A stretch of 42,044 nucleotides of DNA from an uncultured Verrucomicrobiae bacterium (GCA_963788655.1 CAWBHS010000067.1:1-42044), one strand, 5' to 3'; shown: positions 21,601 to 31,369, counted from the first letter of the stretch. The notes: generated by a model from the sequence alone, not told the origin. Program-made: numbers and translations.

Positions 21601-24015
21601 ACCAATGTCCTCGTGGTGGCGCAAGGCCAGCCCTTCGGTATCGAGTTCGAAGTGGCGGGCTTCAGCCGGAATACCAGTGGTTTCACGATGGCGGAGTCAT
21701 TCCGGGCGCCACGACGACGGCGTACCAGGTAGCGCTCTCGACGTTGGCCGATGCCGGTGATTATTACCTGGCGGCCACCAACAGCCTTGGCCGCAGCAAC
21801 AGCCCGGTGATCACCGTGATGATCATCCCGGACACGAATGCGCCGCAACTGCTGACCGCCGTGCGCGAACCGGATCTGACCAATGTGGTCGTCACCTTTT
21901 CCGAAGCCGTCAATCCCGCCCAGGCCACCAACGCGGCCAATTACATGATCACCAACGCCGGCGGACCGGACGTGCCGGTTGAATCGGTGGTCCTGGCGCA
22001 CGGTAATTGGAAAGCGACCCTGCAAACAGCCTCCGAAATTGGTGCCGGCGCCACGTTGACGATCCAAAACGTCACCGACCTGGCGGGGAATGATTTGGCG
22101 CCGAACACCGCGTTGATCGCGACGCCCACCGGTTTCCAGGAAGGTTTTGGGGGATACTTCGGATCGGTGGACACTTACTTGCGGGAGTACGATCCCGACA
22201 CCACCTTCGACACACGCGGCACCGTGCTGGTGGACGCCGAAGATCCGGAAGGCGACCCTCACCACAATCAAGGTTTGTTGCGGTTCAACAACCTCTTTGG
22301 AACTGGCCCCGGACAGATTCCCTTCGGCGCCACCATTCATTCGGCCCACTTGCGTCTCCGCACCGAGAATGTCAGCCCGGGCAACATCCGTTTGCACCGC
22401 ATGCTCATGGCCTGGGACGGATCGAGCACGTGGAACTCCCTGACCGACGGCGTCACGCCGGATGACACCGAAGCCGTGGCCGCCGCGGACACGGCGATTG
22501 TCGCGCCCGAAGTCGAAGGGGAACGGCGCGAAGTGGACGTAACGGCGGCCGTCAGCTCCTGGGCCGGCGGAACTTTGAATTACGGCTGGGTGTTGATGAA
22601 TGACAGCGAGGACGGCTACCAATTCTATTCGACTGAGGCGACGGAAGTGACGTGGCGACCGGCTTTGCTCGTCGATTGGAGCCCGCCCACCAATTGCCTC
22701 AACGTCGCCATCCTCGAAGAACCGGCGGCGTGGCAGGAGGTGACCGAAGGTGAAGCGGTGACGTTTTCGGCCCTGGCGTATGGCACCGATCCCGTGTTTC
22801 AATGGCAGAAGAAAGGAGTGAATATTCCCGGTGCCGATCACCGCACTTACGTCATTCCCGCGACCTCCTTGACCGACGCCGGCACGTACCGTTGCGTGGT
22901 TACCAATGCCTGCCCCAGCACCGTCGTTAGCCAGGACGCGGTGTTGCGCGTCAATCCGGACACCGTCGGGCCGGCGCTGTTATCCGCCCTCGCCCGCAGC
23001 CACGCGGCCAGTCCGGATCTGGATCAAATCGAGTTGGTCTTTGATGAACCGCTGGAAATCACAGGTGCCCAGACGCCCGGCAACTACACCGTCACTGGAC
23101 CGGGTGACGGCTTGGTGCCGGTAATGGGAGCGACGTTGGCGGATGCCCAAACCGTGCAGTTGACGATGGGAACGCCTTTGACGTTTGGCGCCAATTACTC
23201 GGTCGAGGTTGGCCCGGGCGTCACGGATCCGGCCGCGGCACGCAATCCGGTGGATCCGAATTACACCAATATTTTGCAGCAGATTGTCCTGGTGGATTAC
23301 ACCGACGTTTGGGCTTACGACGAAAACCGGGATGCTGCGGACAACTATGACGCCACCGTGCCGGCCTGGTACACGGATGCGTTTGACGACTCGGCGTGGG
23401 CAAACGGTCCCGGCCTGTTGGGATTGGAGGATGACCTGCCCGTTTTAAACCTGCTTCCGGCGCCGTTGAATACTGGTTTGACGCAGACCAATCACACCAT
23501 TTATTTCCGCCGCACGTTTGCGAGCCCGCTGGGTCCGTTGCCCGCGGGAGCGGCTTTGGTGGTGAATCATGTCATCGACGACGGCGTGCGTTGTTTCCTG
23601 AATGGCACCGAAGCGTTTCGTTTCAAAATGCCGGAGGGATTGGTCAGCTTTGCTACGGAAGCCAGCGCGGGCGGGGAAGCCGGTACTGAGTTCGACCAAC
23701 CTGTACCCGGCCAACGTCCAAACGAACAATCTGCTGGCTTGCGACCTGCATACGTACGGCACGGACAGTTCGGACGCGATCTTTGGTTGGGAAGTGCTGG
23801 CCCAATACCCGGCGCCCAACCAGGGGCCGTTGCCCCGGCTTGCAATCAGCGGTCCGGTTGCTGGGCAGCTCACGCTCACTTGGGATCCGGAGGATGGCGT
23901 TTTGCAGGAGGCGTCCAACCCGGCGGGTCCGTGGACCGACGTGACTGGCGCCACCAATCCCATGACGATCAATCTGGACGTCGCCGACAGGAAGTTCTAT
24001 CGGCTAACTCGCTGA
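18683..24015 (+). CDS. Large exported protein: three galactose-binding-like domains, Ig-like domains, two DNRLRE-like domains, C-terminal FYRL domain; frameshifts near 19410, 19515, 21665 and 23690
   Basis: Signal peptide MLSKPIKLLVLV...AWA; DT(H/Y)LR...GLLRF....G.G.GQIPFGA.I.SA.L.L...DVT..V..W..G.LNYGW occurs twice; DDSAW..G.G...DDG...NG.E occurs three times. ORFs 18665, 19218, 19474, 21744 and 23602 join. Confidence 0.85.
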
Positions 24016-24119
24016 GAACCCGTATCTCAATCTTCAGGCGGTACCAGCGCAGCATCGCTGGAGTAACGGCAACCAGGCAAATACCACGACGAAGAAAGCG
24101 CGTGCGTTGATACTTTCAC

Positions 24120-24245
24120 GCATAACGACCAGGATCCATGTCCGCCACCGGAAACGGGCGCTGGTAGCGAATCCAGCGTTCCAGGAATCGGCTGCAATGT
24201 AATAGAAACGCGGAGTGGCGGTTTGTATGCATCCGCTGAGTGCGC
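24120..24245 (-). repeat. Degenerate attC site (attC4)
   Basis: GGATGCAT..AACCGCCAC...GTGGCGGACATGGATCCTGGTC-GTTATGC, same architecture as attC3, but the R'' box reads GCGCACT and lacks AAC. Confidence 0.6.
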
Positions 24246-24255
24246 GTTCTCATGG

Positions 24256-24561
24256 CTAGTTCAATCGCACTTGTTGGGCCTTCGGTCGAGATCCTGATCG
24301 TTGCATTCTGAGGAGACTGATCATCATGAATACCGCAATGGAGAGCAAGCATGTCATAGCAATAATCACGGCCAAGTCTGTCTGGAGCTTCAAAGGAAGA
24401 GCGCCGCAAAGGTACATCGCTGGAAGATGTGTGATGAACAAAACAAGGCTCGCAGGGCCGTCGCCTCCAATTCGAAGATCGAAGCCACCAATCATCAGGA
24501 GCATCAACTCCTCCACAACCCCAATCAGGAAGGCGATCAAGATTATCGGAATGCGTCTCAC
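24256..24561 (-). CDS. Integron cassette gene, small membrane protein (101 aa)
   Basis: GGAGG RBS and GTG start just after the attC3 R' box; about three hydrophobic segments; stops just before attC4. Confidence 0.7.
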   Translation of the reverse strand: MRRIPIILIAFLIGVVEELMLLMIGGFDLRIGGDGPASLVLFITHLPAMYLCGALPLKLQTDLAVIIAMTCLLSIAVFMMISLLRMQRSGSRPKAQQVRLN

Positions 24562-24577
24562 AATTCCTCCGCCCTCC

Positions 24578-24706
24578 GCCCAACGATCAGGATCACCGAT
24601 GACTGACCGGAAGCCGGCAACCGATGTCGGAGCGGGCAAACTGCCGACAGCGCCAGCAACTAAACTGAGAGGCGGGTCAGTCATTCGGTGCATCCACTTG
24701 TTCGGC
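24578..24706 (-). repeat. attC site (attC3)
   Basis: GCCGAAC-5 nt-GATGCACCGAATGACTGACC...GGTCAGTCATCGGTGATC-GTTGGGC; long imperfect palindrome with unpaired bases in the L box. Confidence 0.85.
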
Positions 24707-25054
24707 GCTTGAACTCGATCTGTATTCGGGAGGCGGTCGATCTCCGTGAAAAGTGTCGGCCACCAACACGGTAGTGACACCCCATGATCCAAGACACAGC
24801 ACGATGGCCAAGAAGGCTGCGCGTGCCCGTCCGAGGCACAGAGCAACGAGTGCGAACGGCACCACCCCCAATGTGAGATAACCATGCCAACCAAGAAAAC
24901 TGTTCAATCGCGTGTAAGCCTCGCGACCGGTGCCGAGCATAATGAACAGCACTACAGAGGTGACGGCCACGGCAACACTCGCCACGCCGATCACCAGTGC
25001 GGTGCCAGAGCAGAATCTGGTAAATCGAGACCTCATGGAACCATCCAGCGCCAT
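24677..25054 (-). CDS. Integron cassette gene, small membrane protein (~125 aa)
   Basis: ATG 10 nt after the attC2 R' box; three hydrophobic helices; reads into attC3 (AEQVDAPND*). Confidence 0.75.
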   Translation of the reverse strand: MALDGSMRSRFTRFCSGTALVIGVASVAVAVTSVVLFIMLGTGREAYTRLNSFLGWHGYLTLGVVPFALVALCLGRARAAFLAIVLCLGSWGVTTVLVADTFHGDRPPPEYRSSSSAEQVDAPND

Positions 25055-25063
25055 CGCACAAAC

Positions 25064-25160
25064 GCCCAACGCTGAGATCACCGATGAGCGGCACCCCGGA
25101 ACCGCTCGAATTTCAAACTGATGTGCTTGCCGCTCATTCGGTGCATCGATTTTGTTGGGT
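25064..25160 (-). repeat. attC site (attC2)
   Basis: ACCCAAC-5 nt-GATGCACCGAATGAGCGGCA...TGCCGCTCATCGGTGATC-GTTGGGC. Confidence 0.9.
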
Positions 25161-25381
25161 TTCATTGAAACTATTCTTCGCTGGCTGACGCTTACGGCAG
25201 CTTAACGACACGGTAAATCCTCTGCAACTGACCCGGCAGAATCACATCGTAGAGACAAGTGGTGCCCTCCGTGCCCTGGAGCGGCAAACCAAGTGGAGAC
25301 CAAGAGTCTGTTGTCAGTGCAGAGCGATACTCGACCTGGTAATGCCTTGAGATGCAACGGAATTTTGGACCATTTTCTCTC

Positions 25382-26236
25382 TTAATTTTTGCTTAATCTT
25401 TGGTGTTCAAATTGGTTGGGAGTTCGGTAGCCCAGCGCCGAGTGTTTGCGTTGATTATTGTAGTAGGCTTCGATGTATTCGAAGAGTTCGGTTTGCGCGT
25501 CTTGCGCGGTCTCAAAACAGCCGCCTTGCAGCATTTCTTTCTTGAGCGTTCCGATGAAGGATTCGGTCCAGGCGTTGTCGTAGGGATTGGCCCGGGCCGA
25601 CATGCTCTGGCGCAAACCCGCGCGGGCCAGCACGCGGCGAAAGGCGGTGCTGCCATATTGACTGCCCCGATCACTGTGGAAGATGGTTTGGTCGATTCCC
25701 GGACGCGAAGCCAACGCTTGGTGGAGCGCCGCCAGGACCAGTTCGGCGCGCAGGTGATCAGCCAGGCTCCAGCCGACGATGCGACGGGAATACAGATCGA
25801 TTACGACCGCCAGGTAAAGCCAGCCGGTCTGGGTGGGGATGAAGGTGATGTCGCCAGCCCAAACCTGATTGGGGCGATCGGGCCGCGGTTGGCCTGTCAC
25901 GAGGTTGGGCGAAGGCTGATTGGCTTTGCCGTCGCTGGTTTTGGGCACGAAGTTTTTCGGTTGGATGGCCCGTAAACCCCGTTGTTTCATGAGGCGGCGA
26001 ACGCGACTGGGAGCGCACACCACTTGCTGATCCCGCAGCTCCTGGCCGATGCGACGATAACCGTAGCGGCGGCGGTGCGCTTTGAAAACGGCTTCGATCC
26101 GATCGCTCAATTGCTGGTCGGCAGCCTGCGTGGCCGTGGCGGTGGCCGCGTGATAAAAGCTGCTGCGCGAACAGCCCAGGGTGTGACAAACCTGCCGCAC
26201 ACTACTGCCGGTTTTTTGTCGCAGAGTCAGGATCAT
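25382..26236 (-). CDS. IS3 transposase OrfB (DDE)
   Basis: YGYRRI, W.GDITFI, HSDRGSQY, DNAW.ESF...LKKE, YYN..R.HSALGY.TP. Confidence 0.97.
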   Translation of the reverse strand: MILTLRQKTGSSVRQVCHTLGCSRSSFYHAATATATQAADQQLSDRIEAVFKAHRRRYGYRRIGQELRDQQVVCAPSRVRRLMKQRGLRAIQPKNFVPKTSDGKANQPSPNLVTGQPRPDRPNQVWAGDITFIPTQTGWLYLAVVIDLYSRRIVGWSLADHLRAELVLAALHQALASRPGIDQTIFHSDRGSQYGSTAFRRVLARAGLRQSMSARANPYDNAWTESFIGTLKKEMLQGGCFETAQDAQTELFEYIEAYYNNQRKHSALGYRTPNQFEHQRLSKN

Positions 26237-26550
26237 TGCGCGTCGTTGAGTTGGGGTTTGGTTCCGAGAATAACGGCAGCCTTTTTTAAAATGTCATTCT
26301 CAATTCTGAGCTGGGCGATCTCCCGGCGGAGGCGGCGCCGCTCGTCCGCTGCGGGCTCCTCGCCTGCGGCTCGGAGCCCTGCGCTCCCGAGCGGCGCCGC
26401 CGGGGACGCTTGCCGGACCCAGCGGTAAAGGAGGTTGGCGCCAAAGCCAAAATCTTTGGCAACTTCCGGCACGGGTTTCCCCAAACTTACCAGTTCGACA
26501 GCTTGCGCCTTAAACTCTGGACTATATCTTTTTCGAGGCATTTCACTCAT
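26233..26550 (-). CDS. IS3 transposase OrfA (HTH) with a -1 slippery site
   Basis: RKRYSPEFK.QAV...LYRW...ENDILKKA. A-AAA-AAG at 26281..26287, and the -1 frame is open into OrfB. Confidence 0.93.
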   Translation of the reverse strand: MSEMPRKRYSPEFKAQAVELVSLGKPVPEVAKDFGFGANLLYRWVRQASPAAPLGSAGLRAAGEEPAADERRRLRREIAQLRIENDILKKAAVILGTKPQLNDAQ

Positions 26551-26668
26551 GATGTTCCTTATTCTCTTATGGAGTGGTCCAGGAATTTCGCACACTTCAG
26601 AAACTCCAAAAAAGTGTTAGCATTGTCGTTTTCATAGTCTTTCGTTTGGTGGTTTCCTCGTAGCTTTT

Positions 26669-26765
26669 ACCCAACGAATCAGCTCACCGATGGCGGCCCC
26701 TCCGTGACTCCCGAATTGCCAAGCTGCGTGGCGGGGCCGCCATTCGGTGCAGCGCCTGGTTCGCC
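26669..26765 (-). repeat. attC site (attC1)
   Basis: GGCGAAC-5 nt-GCTGCACCGAATGGCGGCCCC...GGGGCCGCCATCGGTGAGC-GTTGGGT; extrahelical G in the L'' box. Confidence 0.9.
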
Positions 26766-27497
26766 GTTCATGCCCTTCCCAAGGCAGCCCGCCAGGTCGC
26801 CCAACGTGGCCACTCCCGGCAAAACCAAAGAGCCGCGAAACAAAGGATGCGGAATCCAAAGGAGAAGAAGCGCGACCAAGCCCAAAACCATGCTCCATGC
26901 CGCAAGCGGAGACTTGAAAAGCCCAAGCACAACGCCGCCGACCAGCAGAACACCGAAGGAAATCAGCAACACCCGGTGAAATCTGCCGACATGCTTGAGT
27001 GCAGGCAGTGCGCCAGGCGCAAGGCGCAGGCACGGCGAGAGAAACAGCCAGCCGTATCTGGATAGCAATGGCGTGATCGGTGTGGTGCTCCGAATCTCCT
27101 CGCGTGCCATGCCAAGCCGGATCAGCGCCGCTCGGACAGCTCGAAGTGCTCGACCATCTGGCGAAGCGCATCCCAAAAACCCTGTATCCGGCAAACTCTC
27201 AATCTCCGCCTCACGCGAAATAGCATGGCACAGTGTGCGAAGTGTCCTCTTGTCGGGAGGCTCCAGAATCTCGCGCCACTCGGTCACGCTCAAGGACATC
27301 CCCCACTCGTCATTCAACGCTTGTCCAAGCCGGCGCCAGCCGACGAGATCACAAGCCAACCGCCAATCTGCAATCGAGGAATCGAAGGTCAGAACTGCGT
27401 TCGATTCGGCCTCGGGATCAACCTGCGACTGGTGCCTATGCTGATCTACCAAGATCGCCAGCACTTCGTCAGGCGTTGGATGGTGTCGAGGCGTCAT
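26679..27497 (-). CDS. First integron cassette gene, hypothetical protein with two C-terminal TM helices (272 aa)
   Basis: ATG 5 nt after GTTCGCC; reads into attC1 (EPGAAPNGGPATQLGNSGVTEGPPSVS*). Confidence 0.8.
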   Translation of the reverse strand: MTPRHHPTPDEVLAILVDQHRHQSQVDPEAESNAVLTFDSSIADWRLACDLVGWRRLGQALNDEWGMSLSVTEWREILEPPDKRTLRTLCHAISREAEIESLPDTGFLGCASPDGRALRAVRAALIRLGMAREEIRSTTPITPLLSRYGWLFLSPCLRLAPGALPALKHVGRFHRVLLISFGVLLVGGVVLGLFKSPLAAWSMVLGLVALLLLWIPHPLFRGSLVLPGVATLGDLAGCLGKGMNGEPGAAPNGGPATQLGNSGVTEGPPSVS

Positions 27498-27502
27498 CTC
27501 AC

Positions 27503-27584
27503 GGCGAACGCTGTTTAGGCGTACCAACGGATGAAATAACAGAATTAGGCAGAAAAACCGCTGGTCCTATTTCGTTGGGCAGAA
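27503..27584 (-). promoter_or_regulatory. Candidate attI site
   Basis: GCCTAAACAGCG/TTCGCC resembles attI1 GCCCTAAAACAAAG/TT; no attC hairpin precedes it; direct repeats TTCTGCCCAA and TTCTGCCTAA at 27575..27584 and 27545..27554. Confidence 0.55.
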
Positions 27585-27612
27585 TTTTTAAATCCATCAC
27601 GAATGAAGTCAA
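27584..27612 (-). promoter_or_regulatory. Candidate cassette promoter (Pc-like)
   Basis: TTGACT-16/17 nt-TAAAAA(T) pointing into the array. Confidence 0.4.
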
Positions 27613-27727
27613 GATCGTGTTCCGCAGCAAGTCAACTCCTGTTTCGCATAGCGAGCCGGGCGTCCCAGCAATGGGTTCCGTATTTGCCATAAGCTCTGGG
27701 CCTTTGCCTCCAATCGGGTTTGGAAGT

Positions 27728-27888
27728 GAGACTCTGTCGAGCCCAAACTTCCCCGCATCGCTTCCGCCTACCGGCAGCGTCCATGCGGGAAGCTTTTGGC
27801 GTTCGAAGGTCAAAGACTTCCCTCGGCGCGGTATTTCGTGAACGGACGCACCCAGGGAAATCAGGGCTCGACGGAGTCTCGCCCTACC
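27728..27888. repeat. Inverted REP-like pair
   Basis: GAGACTCTGTCGAGCCC (27728..27744) and GGGCTCGACGGAGTCTC(GCCCTACC) (27864..27888) are reverse-complementary at 16 of 17 positions. Confidence 0.65.
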
Positions 27889-30389
27889 TGGATTCGGACC
27901 CGGCTCTGCCTCTGCGTCGCTCGTTTCCAGCATCGATCAGATTCCGCCGATAATTCGACAGGCCGGTTGCCGGATCGTAGTCCAAAGAAACTTGTCGGCC
28001 GTTGACCTGCCACGATTGTGGCTGGACGCTGTTCCAGTAGGCGGCGTGGACTATTGGTTGTTCACTGCTCAATCCAATCTCAACCTCCGGTCGGCCAATA
28101 GTGAAGACAGTTTCCACTTTGGACAGAGAATCCAAAATAACTTTGCCATTGCGCCGTAGATAACTGCCACCCGCAACAAAGATGCGCTCGACGGATTCCA
28201 ATTTCTCCGGAGCCGCATCAACCGGCCGGGTGACTGCCAGCAAGTAGGCGTCCGTCTCCCAGCCGTGCAAAAGATTACAACTGTTCCGGTGCATCTTCCG
28301 GCCATCGGCGCGGAGATTAAGATAATACGTCCGTCACCCGATCCTGGCTTCGAATGGTGACGCCCAGCATGTCCTCGCCTTGGAAACGCGTGATCTCTGG
28401 CACCGGCAGTTTTTCGTTGGCCGGCAAGGGTACAATGGCGGTGATGAACTTGAGGTCGCGCACTTTGTTTGTCGGAGCAAAAGCGAGGTACGGGATCTTC
28501 GTGTCCGGATCATGATCTTTGAGCCCTTGCTTTTCGGAAATGGCCAGATGTTCCGGAAACAACGGAAGCACCCGCGCCCGGCTGTGAGGGCCATTCGTGA
28601 GCAACACCTCGCCGGCCTGTTGCTCTGCCGTGCCGGCGTAGTGCAGCAGCCATTCGAACTGACCCGCCTCATGGCCGCGGAGGTCGTCAATGATGAGGAT
28701 GACGCCATCCAGCCACAGGAAGTGCCGGTAGTTGCGCGAACAAATCCACGAGGTCGGTCCGGTGGCATCCGCCAGCACGTATTTGACGCCGGCAGCATTC
28801 AGCAAGTGATGGACTTCGCCCGGAATGGCCACTCCGCGATCGGGTCCGCCGCACGCTTCCGGATTCTCGCCTTTGCCATCCAACAGCACCACGTTGTGAG
28901 CTTGGCTCTGCCGGTAGTAACTGGAGTATTCGCGGCGACTGTAGGAACAATTTCCGGAATCAATGATCAATGGTTCACCGCCGTGAAAGAGAATGAAGGA
29001 GCCGGCGTCCGGATGGGCGTGGTTCCAGGCAAACCCGGACTTCACCGCCAGCAACGTGGCGTCGTTGTTCCACGAAGAACGCAGCATCGCCCAACCGATG
29101 TCGCCATACAGTTTTGTGGTCGGGACATGCTCGGGAGTTTTTTCCAGCGGTTTCGAATTGTCATGGTTGTAAACCAGCGTCAGTGGATCCTTCAGCCCGG
29201 AGTCCAACCGGCCCAAATACCAATGATAGGCTGGCGATTCAAAGCCGTTGGCCAGCAGCAAGCGCAGAGTTCGGGCGCCGTCAGCGTGCAAACTGCTGTC
29301 GCCAAAGTTCACTGACAGCAAACCGTCGGAACGTGGATAACAAGTGTCCACGAAAAAGTCGCCCACACGGGAGAGCAGGGGAATGGCGGGCGGATTGGAC
29401 TGGGGGAACACGTTGGCGTAAGCCAGTCGAAACAGAAGATATTCCGACAGCGCGTAGTTGGCGTAGTTCACGCTCTCATAGAAAGCGCCATCGCGATCGA
29501 AGTTGCGGCTCTTGTTCTGGAGGATATTGCCCAGGTAATAAAACCATTCGGGAAACGCCTGCACAATCCGTTCGCACCAGGCCGCCGCTTCCGGCACGTC
29601 ATCCACCAGCGCCAGCGAAGCAACCCCGGCCATCGCCACGCAGACGCTCCACCAGTTGTGACCCATCGAGTCGAGCGCGTGAATGCGGCTGCCCGGCAGC
29701 AGCCAATCGTCCAAGGTCGGCCGGATTCCCAAACGCACCATGGCCGCGGCGATTTCCTGGCGTTCGGCCGCGGTCAGCGTGTCGTGAAGGCAATCGTAGC
29801 CCACCGCATAGCCGAAGCAGAAGCGGGCGGTGTTCAATTCCGAATGCCACGGCGGATCGTTTCCCGCATCGCCCGCCCAGCGCTGCAAATGGCCGAAGTG
29901 CAGCAACGCTGTCTTCAACTTCTCGGCATAACGTTCGTCACCGGTCAGGCGGAAGGCCAATCCCAGCGTGGTAGCCATGCCGCTGATTTGTCCGCTGGGG
30001 GCGCCGTAGTTGCCATGCTGCCCCCGACCGCTTTCCGCGTAATCGAGTGAGACAAGCTTTTCATTCAGATACCGGTCGGCGCGTTGCTGAATTTCTTCCC
30101 AAGCCGTTCGGATGGATGGTTCCTGGCTGATCCGTTCCTGCAACCGGGCGATTCGCTCACGAGTGAAAAACAAGCGTGGACGCTCCTGCCGGGCGGTCGG
30201 CATCGAACTGGACGTCGTGGTGGCTGGCCGAGGTGAGCTTTGGGTGGTGCTTACGGGTGTTTCGGCTGCCACCAGGGGCAATATGGCACCAACGTTCAAG
30301 CCCAACCCCAGCCCCAACGCCATCCAAACTGCAACTGAGGAGGGCAGGGCCGGGGACCGCCACAAGTGAACCGGATGTTTGTGCTGCAT
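27884..30389 (-). CDS. Heparinase II/III-family polysaccharide lyase (alpha/alpha toroid plus beta domain); frameshift near 28325
   Basis: RPRLFF, HNW, DG.FYES.NY..Y, NFGDS, GW.MLRSSW, H.H.DAGSF.L...GE.LI.DSG, AHNVVL.DG; signal-like N-terminus. ORFs 28317..30416 and 27884..28294 join as DV/YLNLRADGRKMH. Confidence 0.88.
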
Positions 30390-30485
30390 AATTTCAAGCG
30401 CATTGTTGGACAACACTCCGATTTGACAAAGAAAAATTGCATAGGCAGGTCCATTCCCCTGGAGTAAGGTCCGTTTGACGAAACT

Positions 30486-31289
30486 ATGAGTGCCAGCGAT
30501 TCAAACACCACCATGGCGGTATTCCTCGACCTCGAGAATATCGCGCTCGGAGCCATCAATGCCCATTTTGCCCGGTTCGACATCAAGAAGATCCTCGAAC
30601 GGCTGTTGCTCAAAGGGCACATCGTGGTCAAGAAGGCCTACTGCGATTTTGACCGGTTCAAAGCGTTCAAACGCGATCTGCACGAAACGGCCTTTGAACT
30701 CATCGAGATTCCGCACGTGCGCCAGTCCGGCAAGAACTCCGCCGACATTCGCATGGTGGTGGACGCCCTGGATCTCTGTTACACGAAGAGCCACGTGGAC
30801 ACGTTCGTGATCATCAGTGGCGACTCGGATTTTTCGCCGCTGGTCAGCAAACTCCGGGAAAACGCCAAAACCGTGATTGGCGTTGGCGTGAAGAGTTCGA
30901 CGTCCGACTTATTCATGAACAATTGCGACGAGTTCCTGTATTACGATGACTTGGTGCGGGTGAAGCCTTCCAAAGCGCGCCAACGCAGCGCCGCGACGGC
31001 CTCAACCGCCAAAGCTGGCGCCGAGGACAATCAGGAATTGGCGCCGGCCAAAGGGCTCGACTTGGTCGTGGCAACCTTTGAAGCCATCAGTGAAGAACGC
31101 GACGAAGACGGCCGCATCTGGGGATCCATGATCAAACAAGCCCTCAAACGGCGGGACCCGGGCTTCAACGAACGGGCTTTTGGTTTTCGGTCCTTCAACG
31201 ATCTGTTGCTGGAGGCTCAAAAACGCAAGTTGATCAAATTGGAGCCCGACGAAAAATCCGGTGGGTATTTGGTGCGGCCGGCCGAGTGA
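30486..31289 (+). CDS. NYN domain (LabA/DUF88) protein with C-terminal OST-HTH/LOTUS domain
   Basis: AVFLDLEN, GKNSADIRMVVDA, ISGDSDFSPLV.KLRE; C-terminal P.F.ER.FGF.SF.DLL. Confidence 0.95.
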   Translation: MSASDSNTTMAVFLDLENIALGAINAHFARFDIKKILERLLLKGHIVVKKAYCDFDRFKAFKRDLHETAFELIEIPHVRQSGKNSADIRMVVDALDLCYTKSHVDTFVIISGDSDFSPLVSKLRENAKTVIGVGVKSSTSDLFMNNCDEFLYYDDLVRVKPSKARQRSAATASTAKAGAEDNQELAPAKGLDLVVATFEAISEERDEDGRIWGSMIKQALKRRDPGFNERAFGFRSFNDLLLEAQKRKLIKLEPDEKSGGYLVRPAE

Positions 31290-31369
31290 GTTTTCCTCTT
31301 GCCTCTGCCGCTACCCAACCTTTCAGGCATCAACATCTGGCATCCGGCATCAATCTTCCCTCTCCTCCT

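Larger units (their letters stand above)
25348..26599 (-). mobile_element. IS3-family insertion sequence (1252 bp)
   Basis: Imperfect 25-bp terminal IRs TGAAGTGTGCGAAATTCCTGGACCA and TGAGATGCAACGGAATTTTGGACCA; orfA/orfB arrangement; no target duplication visible. Confidence 0.92.
25192..26635 (-). pseudogene. Cassette gene split by IS3: N-terminal MKTTMLTLFWSF (26600..26635) and C-terminal YR(V)-domain fragment (25192..25347)
   Basis: Manual translation of 25347->25192 gives RHYQVEYRSALTTDSWSPLGLPLQGTEGTTCLYDVILPGQLQRIYRVVKLP*. The cassette is bounded by GTTGGGT and ACCCAAC. Confidence 0.75.

Noticed and set aside
24120..26765. Repeated palindromes as a CRISPR array or terminators
   Set aside because: They are variable 97-129 bp units separated by whole genes and have R/L boxes, so they are attC sites. 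No CRISPR array or cas gene was seen in the window.
30423..30451. TTGACA upstream of the NYN gene (also at 5685..5690)
   Set aside because: No convincing -10 box at 16-18 nt spacing.
31326..31355. GGCATC short tandem repeats between convergent genes
   Set aside because: Too short and degenerate to support a function.
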